Shown here in pieces: positions 11,999 through 25,027 of a DNA stretch of 64,000 nucleotides. A program made the translations under genes and the position numbers. The stretch is from the NCBI GenBank assembly GCA_964252035.1, contig OZ176201.1; one strand, given 5' to 3'. The notes under the pieces were generated by a model that was not told the origin of the DNA, ran no database searches, and was given only the letters and a program-made list of their open reading frames with translations. Origin of the DNA: Podarcis erhardii (Eukaryota). Position 1 is the first letter of the stretch, and each line of letters opens with the position of its first letter.

Positions 11999-12334
11999 CA
12001 GTGGTGCCTCGCAAGACGAAAAGAATCCGTTCCGCGATTCTCTTCGTCTAGCGGTTTTTTCGTCTTGCGAAGCAAACCCATTGACGGCTTAGCGGATTAG
12101 CGCTATTAGCGGCTTAGTGGCTTTTAGCGGCTTATCGGCTTAGCGGATAAGCGGCTTAGAGACTTAGAAAAGGGGCGGGGGAGGGAAAATACCCTGCAGG
12201 AACTCGCAAGACATTTTCGTCTTGCCAAGCAAGCCCATAGGAAATTCGTTTTGCGAAGCACCTCCAAAACGGAAAACTCTTTTGTCTAGCGAGTTTTCCG
12301 TCTTGTGAGGCGTTCGTCTTGCGGGGCACCACTG
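11999..12334 (+). mobile_element. Tc1/mariner-type MITE family B
   Basis: TA-CAGTGGTGCCTCGCAAGACGAA...GCACCACTG-TA with internal (TTAGCGG)-like repeats. Confidence 0.88.
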
Positions 12335-13113
12335 TATTGGCTTGGATCCATAGTTCCCATAGGTGGTAATCGACTACACTCACTCAGAGAAGGCTTACTG
12401 AAATTAATGAATCTAACTTAGTCATGTTCAGTAATTTCAGTGGATCTGCTCTAAGTAAACTTGAATATCACCCCCTGAGTTCCCCTCACAGGGCTTTCTC
12501 ACTGGAGAAGAGGAGGAGGTGAATTTTGTCCGTTCCTGCATCTTATTGCAGACACGGAATAGTTGCTCTGGTGGCTTGTGGGACCATCTTGAACAGTGTT
12601 GAGGTGCTCTTGGGGGAACAGGAAGCAGCAACAATTGCCACCTTCCCTTCCTCCAGTGGGAGCCTGTACTGAATCTCAATCCCTTCCATTTGGGGAAGTT
12701 GCACCTTGGATCTAGCCCATTGGAGAGGTGGCACACGCTCCTCTACCAACGAAGCCACAAGCTAAACCATCCAGCATTTCTGCTGAAATCTTCCCAAGCC
12801 ATGCTCCAGATTTCCTCTCCATGTCTGTGCATGCACACAAAGTTCACAAAAATTGATACAGAAGAGGTTCTAATCCCAGTTGGGATAGTAGGGGGCAAGA
12901 TAAGAAAAGAAGAGCAAGATTTGGGATGAGGGAAGCTTGTGTGTGTGTTGCCTTTTATCTGAGGATCACAGGGTGGGTGACAGTATAAAAACTCAAAAAT
13001 ACACAACATAGTAACAAACAAGACAATAACACACCCCAGCTATTTAAAGACTTATCTGATTTTATGAAAACAAATGTTTTAAGTAATCGTTTCTAGTGCA
13101 GTATGCTGTTTAT

Positions 13114-13511
13114 TAGGGCTTGGCAATATCTGGTTTTCAACAACGTGATATATCATCAGCTAAACATCGTGATAAACCAGTTGAAGTAAGGTTGTAACTA
13201 TTTAGAGGCGAATGGGGTAATGTGTCTGCAACTGCTACTACTTTGGGGTCTAAAACTGATACATGTTTACTTACCTTTAACATATTGGGACAACTGTTAT
13301 TTTATAGTACAGAGCAACAGGGGCGTCAGGAATCATGCAAGAAGTGATGAATGGCTTCATCGTTTTCCCCACACCACAATTTTTTTTTTACAAAGCACAC
13401 ACATACATCATGATTCATGAGACATCACCATGTCAGATATTATGAAACCATTATCACGATGCAGACCGCAAACCAATTTTGGATTATATATCAATACATT
13501 GCCCAGCCCTA
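13114..13511. mobile_element. hAT-type non-autonomous element
   Basis: TIR TAGGGCTTGGCAATAT / ATTGCCCAGCCCTA; near-identical 8-bp TSD ctgtttat/ctgtttgt. Confidence 0.75.
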
Positions 13512-14075
13512 CTGTTTGTAGCATACTTGTGGAGGATGCCTTCACCCAGTTTTGGAAGGGTTTTCCCCTCAGCCTGCACATTGAGTGCAGGCCCTTGACT
13601 CTCCTGAGAGCCTTTATGAAGGGCTGCTGGGGAGAAGAGAAGAAGGAGCAGGGAAGTCAGCTTCTGCCAGCCTTCTGTGGGTTAGATCTGGAGAAAAGCA
13701 CGTTATGCTCAAATAAGTAAATTATTTGGAACATTAAAACTTTTTTTGTACAGTCGAAGTGGTAGTTCATTCTCTTCAACAGAAATGAATCTCCCATGTC
13801 AAATTAAGGAAAGAGAAAGAGAAATAAGTCCAAGATAAAAAGCTGTTTAGAATCTACATAGAAGCTATTAAATATCTGATTGATGAAGGATTGTATTATG
13901 AAGATAATATATAATGCATATTTATATTTGGGGTGTGTCTAAGTGTTGATAGCCAACACACATTTTGAGTTGACTATCTTCTATGTGGACTGCATAGAGC
14001 CATGGCTGCTTGACAATGAATGTGGCACTTTATAGTATAGATGTAATACATTGGCCATCTTTCTCCCTTTATCAG

Positions 14076-14209
14076 CTACCTGTGAAATGTGCGGGATGGT
14101 TGGTGTCAGAGATGCCTTTTACTCTAAAACCAAGCGCTTCTGCAGTGTTTCCTGCTCAAGAAGTTACTCATCGAACTCTAAGAAGGCCAGCATTCTGGCC
14201 AGACTTCAG
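14076..14209 (+). CDS. MBTD1: MBTD1 exon, FCS zinc finger
   Basis: atcag| ATCEMCGMVGVRDAFYSKTKRFCSVSCSRSYSSNSKKASILARLQ |gtaacg; 134 nt. Confidence 0.97.
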
Positions 14210-14529
14210 GTAACGGTACAGTCACAGTTTTATTATCTTTATTATATAGATAAGCTTTAAAACAGATTTTTTTACAACGCAGATTAATGCTTTAAAAAAA
14301 AAAAAGTTAACTGCTTTCAAGTTAAATATAATATGAGAGCCCTATTGGATTGGACCCAAAAGTCAGCATCTGGTATCCAGCACTGGCTAACCAGATGCTT
14401 CCCCAAGCAGGTGTGAAGGCAACAGCCCTTCTCTGTTTATCAACAGCATTAAGCGCCTGCTTAACACGCATCTCTTCATCCAGGCATTTGCTGCTTATTA
14501 ATTAATTAACTTGTCCATAATATTGCAAT

Positions 14530-16325
14530 TTCCAGAAGGGTAGCAGCATTGGCCTCCTGTAGCAAAAACAACAAAATTTGTGGCACCTTAAAACTAACAC
14601 ATTCATTATGGCTCTAGCTTACTTTGTCAGATGCATGAAGTGAAATTTTAGTTGGCAGTTGTGAAAATAACCAAATTGTAAGGTGGAAGTTGAATGACAA
14701 TGAGATGCCTTGGAAGGCAGGCTTGTGCTTGCTCACAGACGGCCCCCAACCTAAAACAGTTACTCACCATCAACAAAAAGCCACATAGCAGAGATAAGGA
14801 CACAAGGACCAGACCTAGAACCCAACTCTACTCCCATGACCACTGCGGCAACACTGTAGCAGGATAGAATAATGTTGTCCACAACTTCATGGGCTCATTC
14901 GTCTGCTCATCTTCCAGTGTGATTTATTCCATTATCTGCCAATAATGTCCTTCTACATAGGACAACCAGTTAAGTCTCTGTGCAAAAGAACAGCAATAGA
15001 TAGACACAAATCTGCTAACAGAAATGGCAGCATTCATAAACCTGTAGGGGAATGCTTTAATATTTCAGGACACTCTGTAACTGACCTTAAGGTGGCTATT
15101 CTGGAATGAAGGAAGTTAAAGGATGTGGGTGGCGCTGTGGGTTAAACCACAGAGCCTAGTACTTGCCGATCAGAAGTTCAGCGGTTCGAATCCCCGTGAC
15201 GGGGTGAACTCCTGTTGCTCGGTCCCGGCTCCTGCCAACCTAGCATTTAGAAAGCACCTCAAAGTGCAAGTAGATAAATAGATACTGCTCCGGCGGGAAG
15301 GTAAACGGCGTTTCTGTGTGCTGCTCTGGTTCGCCAGAAGCAGCTTAGTCATGCTAGCCACATGACCCGGAAGCTGTACGCCGGCTCCCTCGGCCTGTAG
15401 AGCAAGATGAGTGCCGCAACCCCAGAGTCAGCCACGACTGGACCTAATGGTCAGGGGTCCCTTTACCTTTTACCACATGAAACAGCTGAGTTAGAATTTA
15501 TCAGTAAGTTAGATGGCATGAGTTCTAGGTTTGCCCTTGTTTGTGTGGACAAACTTTTCAGTTTGGTGAAAAGATCTCTGCCATAGATTTTAAAATAATA
15601 CAGAATAACCACCTGTCTTCATTTGTTGTTTTTGTACTGTTTTCAAAACTGTTTTTAGTTTGTGTTTGACTTGAAATGCATATGGAAGGCAATTCGTAAA
15701 TTAATGAATTAAATAAAATGCAGAGAGGGCAGGATTCAACGAAGTTGTTGCGATGGGAGAACAAGGTCTGTTTGCACACTGGGGCTACTCTCCACCACCA
15801 CCCCACACCACCTAAATCTGCTTTGCAGAGCTGGGAGAACCTCCATAACAGGTTTAGGAGGCGTGTGGGAGGAAGGGCAGGAAATATTGTTGCGCAAATG
15901 GACCTTTCCCCCCGTGTGCACTTAGTACTAAGTTGGATTTCACTCAAAGGATTTTTATTATACTACATGTGTTAATTGACTTACCTCTGCCAGGGATATC
16001 TGACATCTATGATTGTTTCTTATGAATGGTTCCCTGCCCCATTATAGTTGTAATTCAATTACCTTAGCAAAGCTGGGTAAATTATTATCAATCTGTGATT
16101 AGAAAAGTGTGCCTACATGTTTAAGCTCTTATTATCATGGTCCGTAATCTTTGTATCTCATTGCCATTCAGCTCCCACCTTACAGTTTTCATCCTCTGTA
16201 TGCCTGCCAACTAAGATTTCGCTTTATGCATCTGAAATGGGCTTGAGTCCACAAAAGTATATATCACAATAAATCTTGTAGTGTTTGAGGTACCACAAGG
16301 CTTAGTTGTGTTTATTGGCTACAGT
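14530..16325 (+). mobile_element. Degenerate Penelope-like element (GIY-YIG region plus pseudo-LTRs), interrupted
   Basis: Relic peptides PNLKQLLT (about 14745), GSFVCSSSSVIYSIICQ..YIGQ (about 14890-14970) and ETAELEFI (about 15480); terminal repeat-like blocks at about 14530-14650 and, inverted, at about 16200-16325. Confidence 0.65.
15121..15474 (+). mobile_element. Sauria SINE (Squam1), full length
   Basis: tRNA-like head (GTGGCGCTGTGG A box, GGTTCGAATCCC B box), Sauria body and tail GGACCTAATGGTCAGGGGTCCCTTTACCTTTTACC. Confidence 0.9.
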
Positions 16326-18306
16326 AGTTACATTTTATTGTATTGCAATATTTTATTATGTGGATTGTGTTGTGTGTATATGTTGTATGTTTACATAATG
16401 TAAACTGCTGTGAGATAATACAGAAAAAGAGCATTGTAGAAATGTTTAAATTAAAACTACTCACCACTTGAATCTAACCTAGTGGTTGTTACCACATCTC
16501 AGTAAAACAAACTGTAAGTTTTGCGATATGATATCTTTATTGTCATTGTCCCATACAGAACAATAAAATTGAAAAATCTACATAAGACATTCAAAAACCC
16601 CTAAAAACTCTGAAACCCCATTTTAAAATACAATATACTATAGAGACTCCTTAGAACCAGAATTGCATTTGGGTAGAAACTGTTTCTCAGGCAGCTAGTC
16701 CTGGTCTTTATAACCCTATACCTTCTTCCAGTTTGTTATTTGTACAAATCAAGAAGTACAAACCATTATTTGGAGGATCAGGAATGAGCCATTATAGTAA
16801 TAGTAATGATGATGATAATAATTTATTTATACGCCACCCACCCGGTTGGGTTTCCCATCTATGCATGACTTCCTCTTCCTTTTGCACAATGAACTTAATA
16901 GATGCTGGCTGGTTTGTCAAACCACATTTTGCCATGACAGCAAAACTAGCAAAGTTGTTTGAGTGACCTATCTGAACCAGGATCAGACAGTTCATGGACA
17001 GATTCTTCCATTCCAAACCATTATTTGGAGGCTAAGTAAATGTGATACTGGAATGTATTTATTTAATAAGTTAATGTAAGTTAGTTTGTACAAATGTAGT
17101 TTTAGTTACCTTGGGTTGTGTACAACACTGCTGTTCCACTCACACAACATACTTCCACATGTGCAGTGGAAATGACCCTTCTCTCCCCTATTGTGAAACC
17201 CCTCCAAATCTGTTCCAGAGATTTAGGGGACCCTCTGGAGCAGATTTTGTGGGCATGCAGGGAGAAAGAGGACGTCCCGTTAAATAAGGGAGACACTGCT
17301 CATGCAGCATTATCTTCTTTACATCTTCCTTTCAAACAGCTGCATTGATATCACTGTGCATATATGTCGGAGAACACTTTTTCAGATACACAGATGAGAT
17401 TGGACTGAAGAATGCTAATCTCTAGTGCCCCCTCCACTCCATTACGTAATGGGTGTAAAAGTTGCTTTAAAGCTCCAAATACTTTCAATTGGCCTCTGCA
17501 AAAGCCGGTGTAAGAATAATAATAACATTTTATTTAAAAATTCCATCATGTTTGCAATGTACAGTTTTGCTAATGTATAATGCCAGCCTTGAAGGAAAGA
17601 TTGTACAATGGATTTAACTGCCAAGGGCTATTTGCACCTGCAGTGTTAGATATCCTTCTAACAGCAGAATACTAATGCATTTTCATCTGAGAGCGCTTGT
17701 TAAGCTTGAAAGATCATGACTAATGCCATTGCTCTCTCCCAAATCCTAGTTCAAGAGTTTTGAATAATTAGGATTCGGTGTTACTTGTAATGTTAGAATG
17801 CAGTGATCAGAAACATGATTTTTATATATTAAGCTTATAAGCTACATTCCCCCCCCCCCCCAATTTTTGCTTGTGTTTCCTTTGAGACACCAAAAATTAA
17901 AGAAGATATCATGCCTTGATAGGTTTTGGTAGCATCTGTTAGTTTGTACAGTCCTTCACTGAAACAAAATATATTTTTGTCTGTGTTTTGGGCTTGGATT
18001 GCACATCCGTTTTGTAGCATATGGAATGCATGCTACACCTTTCCTATTTTTGTCAGTGCACAAATGCCACGTGGTTATAGTAACATTCAGTATTTAAATA
18101 AAATTCAAATTAATGTTAAAATAGCAGCAGGCTAGGTGGTCTTTCGAATGGAATTTACCCAGAAACTGTTTAAAAAAAAAGCTTTCTGATTAATTCTGTT
18201 TCTGAAACTGCAGTTACATTTTGTGCAGCAGATTTCCAGAAACCCTGCTTCTAAAATGTCTTGATGTGAGTTTGAAAAGAACCTTATTCAGCTCTTGTTG
18301 TTTTAG

Positions 18307-18421
18307 GGAAAACCTCCAACAAAGAAGGCTAAAGTGCTACAAAAACAACCTTTAGTTGCTAAATTAGCTGCATATGCCCAATACCAAGCAACGGTACAGA
18401 ACCAATCAAAGACGAAAACAG
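18307..18421 (+). CDS. MBTD1: MBTD1 exon
   Basis: ttttag| GKPPTKKAKVLQKQPLVAKLAAYAQYQATVQNQSKTKT |gtaacg; 115 nt. Confidence 0.96.
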
Positions 18422-19077
18422 GTAACGTGGATGTTAGAAGTCTCTGAGGAATCATTATTGGGTTAACATTCAGTTTTTCAACTTTGGGGAATAATTTCGA
18501 GAAGAATTGTAAGGTTTCTCTAACCACATATTTCAGCAATTTCCCAATGAATAAGAGGAATAACGTTTGCTAGTATTGTGGGGTGGGGTCTTTCATCTGA
18601 AGCTGAAGGGCATTGGTTGTTGGGGTGAACCTGTGAAACATTCTGAGGGGCTTGGCTCATGTGCCCTGCTTTTCACCCTTTCAGCTGTATTGGCATTTTC
18701 ACCAGAACACGTTGGCTGCTCTAGGGGTAGATAGATTTCTTTCCCATACTGCTATATCCGTTTGACTGGATATAATAACTAACTGTCATATGAATCCTGA
18801 TGGCATCAGTGCATGGGTTAGAATTGGTTTGTTGCTTTTTTTGCTTCTGGCCTACATTAATTAGTTCCAGTCTAATCTATATTCTTTTGTAAAAACAAGT
18901 TAATTTTCTAGAGGATTTTCTTTGGATAATCCACCATATTCACCTTGTGGTCATGCTTACAACCCTGCATTTCTGTTTCCTCCCCCACCCTAAAAGAGAC
19001 TGGAAATGAATTTATATGTATTACAAATTTATTTAGTAAATTATGTACACATTGCTAAATAAAGTAACTCTTTTTAG

Positions 19078-19163
19078 CATCTGTTCCAGTGGAAGGCTTC
19101 AGTTGGGGCAACTACATCAATAGCAATAGTTTCACTGCCGCTCCTGTTAATTGTTTTAAGCAT
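19078..19163 (+). CDS. MBTD1: MBTD1 exon, start of MBT repeat 1
   Basis: tttttag| ASVPVEGFSWGNYINSNSFTAAPVNCFKH |gtaagt; 86 nt. Confidence 0.96.
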
Positions 19164-21519
19164 GTAAGTATGTTGCCTTTGATTTTATTATTTTTAGTAA
19201 ATAGCTATGAAATAATTGCAACAGAGAATTTACAAACAGCGTGGTGAGAGTGGACTTCCCCTTCCTCCTACAGCTCCCTCTTCACTCCCCCAAATCTGCT
19301 TCTGAGAGCCCACCATTAAAGCAAATTTTGGGGGTATGTGAGGGGCTGCAGTTGGTGGGGAGTGAGAAAGTGTTGCTGGCAGACCAGCACAACTGGATTT
19401 TATCCTATGGCTTTCCCCCCAATCCTTAGGAATATATGACATTTTACTGATCTAACAACTGCAATCTTGGGAGCTTCCATTTCAAAGATGCAGGATGTTA
19501 TTCAGTTTAAATGCTAGCTGTCAAAGCTGTGTGCAAAGTTTCAAAGCAAATTTTGGATGTGGTTCTTGCCTGTGTGCACAGAACCAATTTACATACTAAG
19601 AAACTGTCTTGAAATCCTGTGAACCTTGAGAAGCAGCCCAGTTAATTGAAACCAAGTTAGTCTATTGGTTTGTCAGGCTTGGGTGGGGACCTCAGCCCAG
19701 CCCAATCAAACAAAGTCCTTTGAAACTGCCTGCAGATCTTCTGTGAACAAAACAGAGCTCTGCACTGTCTCTCCTTAGAAGCAGCTGGAATTCAAAACAA
19801 GCGTGTTTTTCAGGTTAGTTTCACAAGAAGGAACATGTTGTAATATGCCACTCTGTCAGTGCATTGTATACAAGGCTACATAATAACGATAAGGAGGTTC
19901 CTTTTTATAACAGAGATCAAGATAAATAAATTGCTTTATTAGCAAATAGGCAGACACATCCACAGCAAGGTTGTTTTAGGAATGGGTTCAAGTGATGCTT
20001 GTAAAACAAGACTGGTTTGGCTTCTGAGTGTGCTCTTGCCAGTGGAAGAAGAACCGATTTTTGCCCATTCCTCTCCCCTCTATTGCACTGGAGGGGAAAT
20101 GGGTATAAATTTGTGGCCTTTCTCCTGCCCTTCTGCTGGATGGGAAGTTTTCTGTGAATGGAGAGATAACTTCAGTTCATGGAAGTCAAACTTTCAATCC
20201 AAGCCCCTCTTCTCTAAAGCTCCAATTGTGATGAGTTCAATATTTCCTTTGTGCTGCATGTAGGGCCAGTTTAATCATTAAAATGGTGGGCTGTATAGGT
20301 AATCATCAGGATTGGGAATATCACTTTGTCCTGTGTTTTTATTGATCTTAACATTCATAACTTTAAAAGACAAATTCTACTGCCATACTCATCCCTTTCC
20401 ATGATCCCATTCTCTCAGCACATTGTAGCTGCTAGATCAGAGGAAGCAAATGTGATAACAGTAATTCTGACTGGGTTCCTTCAATCCCTTTTATGAACGA
20501 AGCGTGACCAAAATGAGGCAGGTGCTGAATCTTTTTTGCCTTGTAGTAGTTTGCTGTTGCCACCTGCTTGTTTAACTCGTTGGTGGTGCAAGTCATGCAC
20601 TGTCAATGACTTTAGACATGTTGGGAGAGAACAGGCCAAAATCAGCAAGCACCAAGGGTGTGGCTGCAGCAAAAAGACAAATGATTTGTATCAGCAAGCA
20701 GAGATTGTTTCCTTCAACCAAATAAACCCATGCAGCATGTGAGAGAAGAAGGATAGCTGCCTTCTTGATGGTCTGGTTATCCCTGACAGACTGGTTTGCT
20801 TTAAAAAAAAAAAAAAGAAAGTTGAAGCAATTTAAATTTATATATGATTCTGGGGATTGTGGAATTGTCTTTAAGGCTGCAATCCTACACATGCTTTATT
20901 AGGAGTAAGGCCCATTAAACACAGTGGCAATATCTTTTGAGTATAGAATGAAGTTGAAGGTTTCAGAAGAATATGAGTTTTCAGAACAGAACTTTTTATT
21001 AAACCACTAATTTTCAGACTCAATTTGTATCCCGTGCAGGACACAGAAAAGCTAGTGAGATACCTTGGGTGAGCAGTCATATTCTTGGAAAAGAATTCCT
21101 TTTGATTAACACCCCCCCACACACACATTAAACGTGCCCCTGTATTTTGGAGGGACAAGTGTGACTGGGGGATGTTGCCTGGAATAGTGACTTCAGGTCT
21201 CAAATGTCTTAAGGGGGCACTGATTGTACATTATATTTGTATCCCAGGTTTCAATTCAAAAGTATCTTTCAAAGCAACTATCACTGAAACATACAATAAA
21301 ATCCAACAAACAACAATAAATGAAACAATCAATTACTCTAACAGCAGTATGGTTTAAATTGTATGCATTAAAATATCTAGAAAATAATTTCAGTTTCACA
21401 TGGTCTCTAACATAGCAGGCACCAGATGATTGTCCCTGCAGAGAACATTCTGCTGTTGGACACCCCCAGCAAGAAATTTGGTATGTTTAGCCAATAGAGA
21501 AGAAGCGGGGGGGGGGAGC

Positions 21520-21780
21520 ACAATGGCACTTTTCAAATATGTGAAAAACTGTCACATAGAAGAGGGCAAAGATCTGTCCTGGGCTCCTCAGAGTGCAGAA
21601 GTAGATCTAATGAGCATAGATTACAGGAGGGTAGATTTCACTGAGCATTGTGGAAAAACCTCTTGACAATAAGAACAGTTTGAGGATGGAACCAGTTACT
21701 TAGTTGGGGTGGGTGAATGGGCAAGCTGTCACCGGAGAGCTTAACATAGAGGCTGGACAGCCATCTCTTGAGTTTGCTGT
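21520..21780 (+). mobile_element. Degenerate CR1 ORF2 C-terminal fragment
   Basis: Relic translation MALFKYVKNCHIEEGKDL...RSN...RF, typical of the CR1 ORF2 end. Confidence 0.6.
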
Positions 21781-22074
21781 AGCTCTGGCACACAAGCCCC
21801 TCCAGTTCTGATTTTATGATAGTTCTACTGCATCTCCTCCATTAGGTGATAACTGAGGACTGGGGGGGGGGGCCTTTCTCCCTCCTCTTAAAGAGCAGCA
21901 AATGAGTGAATTATGAGCTTTACCTAGCCAAGAAAACATGGGTCAGCTCTGTGGCAATGAAGGTGCAAGGGTGGACAAGTGCTCTTTGCTGCTTGCCTGC
22001 TACTTGCACTTAGGCACGTTGCTGAGTCACAGACTTTGTAGCTGCTTTTTCACCAGCGTTTTGCTTTGGCTGGA

Positions 22075-22240
22075 TGTCAATCTGCTCTGCATGCAGAGTG
22101 TCCCAGGTTCAATCTTCTGCATCTCCAGAAGAAGCTGGGAGAGACCTTTGCCTGAAATCCTGGATGCTGCCAGTCATTGTAAACGGTACTGAGGTAGATG
22201 GACCAATGGTCTGCCATGCGTAAGGCAGCCTCTGTGTTTC
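22075..22240 (+). mobile_element. Ancient squamate tRNA-SINE
   Basis: GCATGCAGA..GTCCCAGGTTCAATC...GCCAGTCA...AGATGGACCAATGGTCTG...AAGGCAGC; similar decayed copies at about 32690-32960 and 61090-61250. Confidence 0.6.
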
Positions 22241-22951
22241 TATATTTGAGCATATTCTGGTGTACAGTGTAGTATTATAGAAATAATGGTGATTCATGAG
22301 GAAGGAGACCACAATTAGATGTTGTATGTTCTCTTAATTCTTTCATTTCAGCCTAGCATAGGCAGATGACAATATGTGTCTCAGAATTTCATCTTGAATT
22401 CCTTGCTTTATATGGTGAGCAACACAGTGATGAGGATTGTGTTCTGCTGCTCATACTTTCAATAATCATCAACAACATAAAAGTATAGGAGGTTTTTTTT
22501 GGGGGGTGGGGAGATATCTAATGAAGCTAAATGACTCACAAATGAATTACGCAAGACTAAGTATGCATTTGGAACCTAATTTTAAGGTATTTTCTAAATC
22601 GGGGTGGGGAGCTGGATCCAGTCAGTTGGCCGAATCTTGCATTGCTGCACCCTTGGGCCATTTTGGTGGGTGGCTCCCACCTGACAGTCATCTGACTTCA
22701 CTACGATGTCAGGTACACACTACATAGAAATTCTAAGCCAAGTAGGGGTTGAAGTTACCCTTAGTAAGCTGATAGTAGATGACTTCAGGCTCCATTTTTG
22801 GGTGGAATCAGCTGTGGTAACTCAGTAGCACAGCATATTTGAGCTGGTTTACTTTTGGTAACGGTTAGCTGATTGGTTGTGCACTGGTGAGGGAGCCTAC
22901 CTGTCACCATCAGGAGTGCCTTTAAAGGTTCCCAATTATACACTGGCAGTA

Positions 22952-23304
22952 CAGTGGTGCCCCGCTAGACGAACGCCTCGTAAGACGGAAAACCCGCTAG
23001 ACGAAAGGGTTTTCCGTTTTGGAGGCGCTTCGCTAAACAAATTTCCCTATGGGGTTGCTTCGCAAGACGAAAAAATCTTGCGAGTTCCCACGGGGTTTTT
23101 TCGCTCCCCCCCCTTTCCTAAGCCGCTAAGCCGCTTATCAGCTGTTCCGCTGATAAGCCGCCTCTCAGCTGATCGCTAAAAGTCGCTAGACCGCTAATAG
23201 CGCTAATCCGCTAAGCTGTCAATGGGCTTGCTTAGCAAGACGAAAAAACCGCTAGACGAAGAGAATCACGGAACGGATTCTTTTCGTCTTGCGAGGCACC
23301 ACTG
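22952..23304 (-). mobile_element. Tc1/mariner-type MITE family B (inverted copy)
   Basis: TA-CAGTGGTGCC...TTCGTCTTGCGAGGCACCACTG-TA; near reverse complement of 11999-12334. Confidence 0.88.
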
Positions 23305-23679
23305 TATGCCTTTACCTGCTCCTCATCTGATGCAGCATTTGTGGGACTGTGGTTTGGGGGAAATGGCCTTGCAGACCAAATTGGAACCCCTGCCAGACGT
23401 AATTATGGGCTGGAGGTTCCCCATACCTACCCTAAATGGATGTGCCTATTAAAACAGAACTATGTAGGCAGCACAGACCATTGCAACAAACTGTTCTGAT
23501 AGCATTTCGTGCACAATCTGCTATTGATTGTGCTGGTCAACACAGTCATGTTTTTAATCTTAGTTTCCATGCCTGAAGTCATCTGTGCGTATATTCTGTT
23601 TTAAAATCTACCTCCAAGAGCGTGCATACTTGCAAACTTGCAAATTGGCATTCAAAACCAACTCTAGCAGCTATATGTT

Positions 23680-23932
23680 CAGTGTGGTGTAGTGGTTAAG
23701 AGCAGTGGACTCGTAATCCGGTGAACTGGGCTGTTGTCCCTGTTCCTCCACATGCAGCTGCTGGGTGACCTTGGGCTAGTCACACTTCTCTGAAGTCTCT
23801 CAGCCCCACTCACCTCACAGAGTGTTTGTTGTGGGGGAGGAAGGGAAAGGAGATTGTTAGCTGCTTTGAGACTCCTCAGGGTAGTGATAAAGCGGGATTT
23901 CAAATCCAACTCCTCTTTTTCTTCTTCTTCTT
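23680..23932 (+). mobile_element. tRNA-derived SINE (Squam3-like)
   Basis: GTGTGGTGTAGTGGTTAAGAG head, GGGTGACCTTGGGCTAGTCAC core, (CTT)n tail. A 3' fragment on the minus strand at about 40131-40225; older related copies at about 1500, 6020, 10780 and 48310. Confidence 0.78.
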
Positions 23933-24994
23933 GATGTTGAGGAGGAAATGAGCTTCGTTACTTTTAATTCATTCCACTGTGCCCATATAAACAGGTATAG
24001 GGATTGCAGATGACTCTACGTAGTAACATATAGTACATTAAATAGGCTGCCTTGTAATTAGCATTCAGATGTTCCACAAAGGAGCGCAAATGCTTCCTCT
24101 TATTTATGTCCTAATTGCTGCTAGTGCAAACAAATGGTCGATTTGTTCCAAGGAAGTTGTAAAGTCTTATCTGGAGCTTTCCCTAGGCTTAACTTCATTA
24201 TAGGGTTGCATGATTTCTACAAAACACACCAAATTCCATCAGTAATATTACTAAAAGCTTTGCATCTCAAACATTTTGCCCCACCGCCTTTCTGGAAGAG
24301 AGGAGGGTGTCCTATGGAAAGTATATTTTTTGTTGCACAAGTCCCATTTTTAAAGGGAATGTGCATTGGATGGACATGGAATTGTTAAATGCAATAGATC
24401 AGGGTCACTGCAGACCCAGCAAGAATCTTCATCACTTTTTGCTCACCATGCAGACCTGGCCATATGTGTTAGAACTGGGATTGGAAACTTGTGGTCCTGC
24501 GGATGTTAATGGGCTCCCAACGCCCATCACCCCAAGCTAGCACAGTCAACGATCAGGGATGATGGGAGTCATTGTCCAGACACAGCTTCTTTATCCCCCT
24601 GTACTGGTAATAGTACAACAGACAAACATGACAGCTATGAGCATTGTTCTCTGCCTCAGATAGTGGATGGTCTTAAACCTATGCACACCTGGGAGTAAGT
24701 ACCACTGAACTCAGTAGAAACTGTTTATTTAGTGCATTGTAACCTGGTTTTCAGATGCAATTTCTTTATAAACTGTATGTAATTACATGAGGAATATTTC
24801 CCCCCTTTTCACTAGATGGCACTGATGCATTATCGGCTTACTAGCACTCCTCCCCCTTTTTAAAATGCAGATATTATTCTCAATCCAGAGAGATGTGTGA
24901 GGTCTGCATGTGCAGTGGGGCCTTTTCTGTCTTATTCCATGCAGCAGCTTTGTCTGAAGCAAGCAGTTATTTAAATTTATGCTAGTTTTTCTTA

Positions 24995-25027
24995 AAACAA
25001 ACAAACAAACAAACAAACAAACAAACA
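24995..25027. repeat. (AAAC)n microsatellite
   Basis: Read directly from the sequence. Confidence 0.9.

Noticed and set aside
11995-12180. CRISPR-like or tandem array of TTAGCGG repeats
   Set aside because: Internal subrepeats of a MITE in a vertebrate genome; no spacer structure and no cas genes.
12400-12930. Possible retroelement coding relic
   Set aside because: No RT, integrase or recombinase motif could be recognised.
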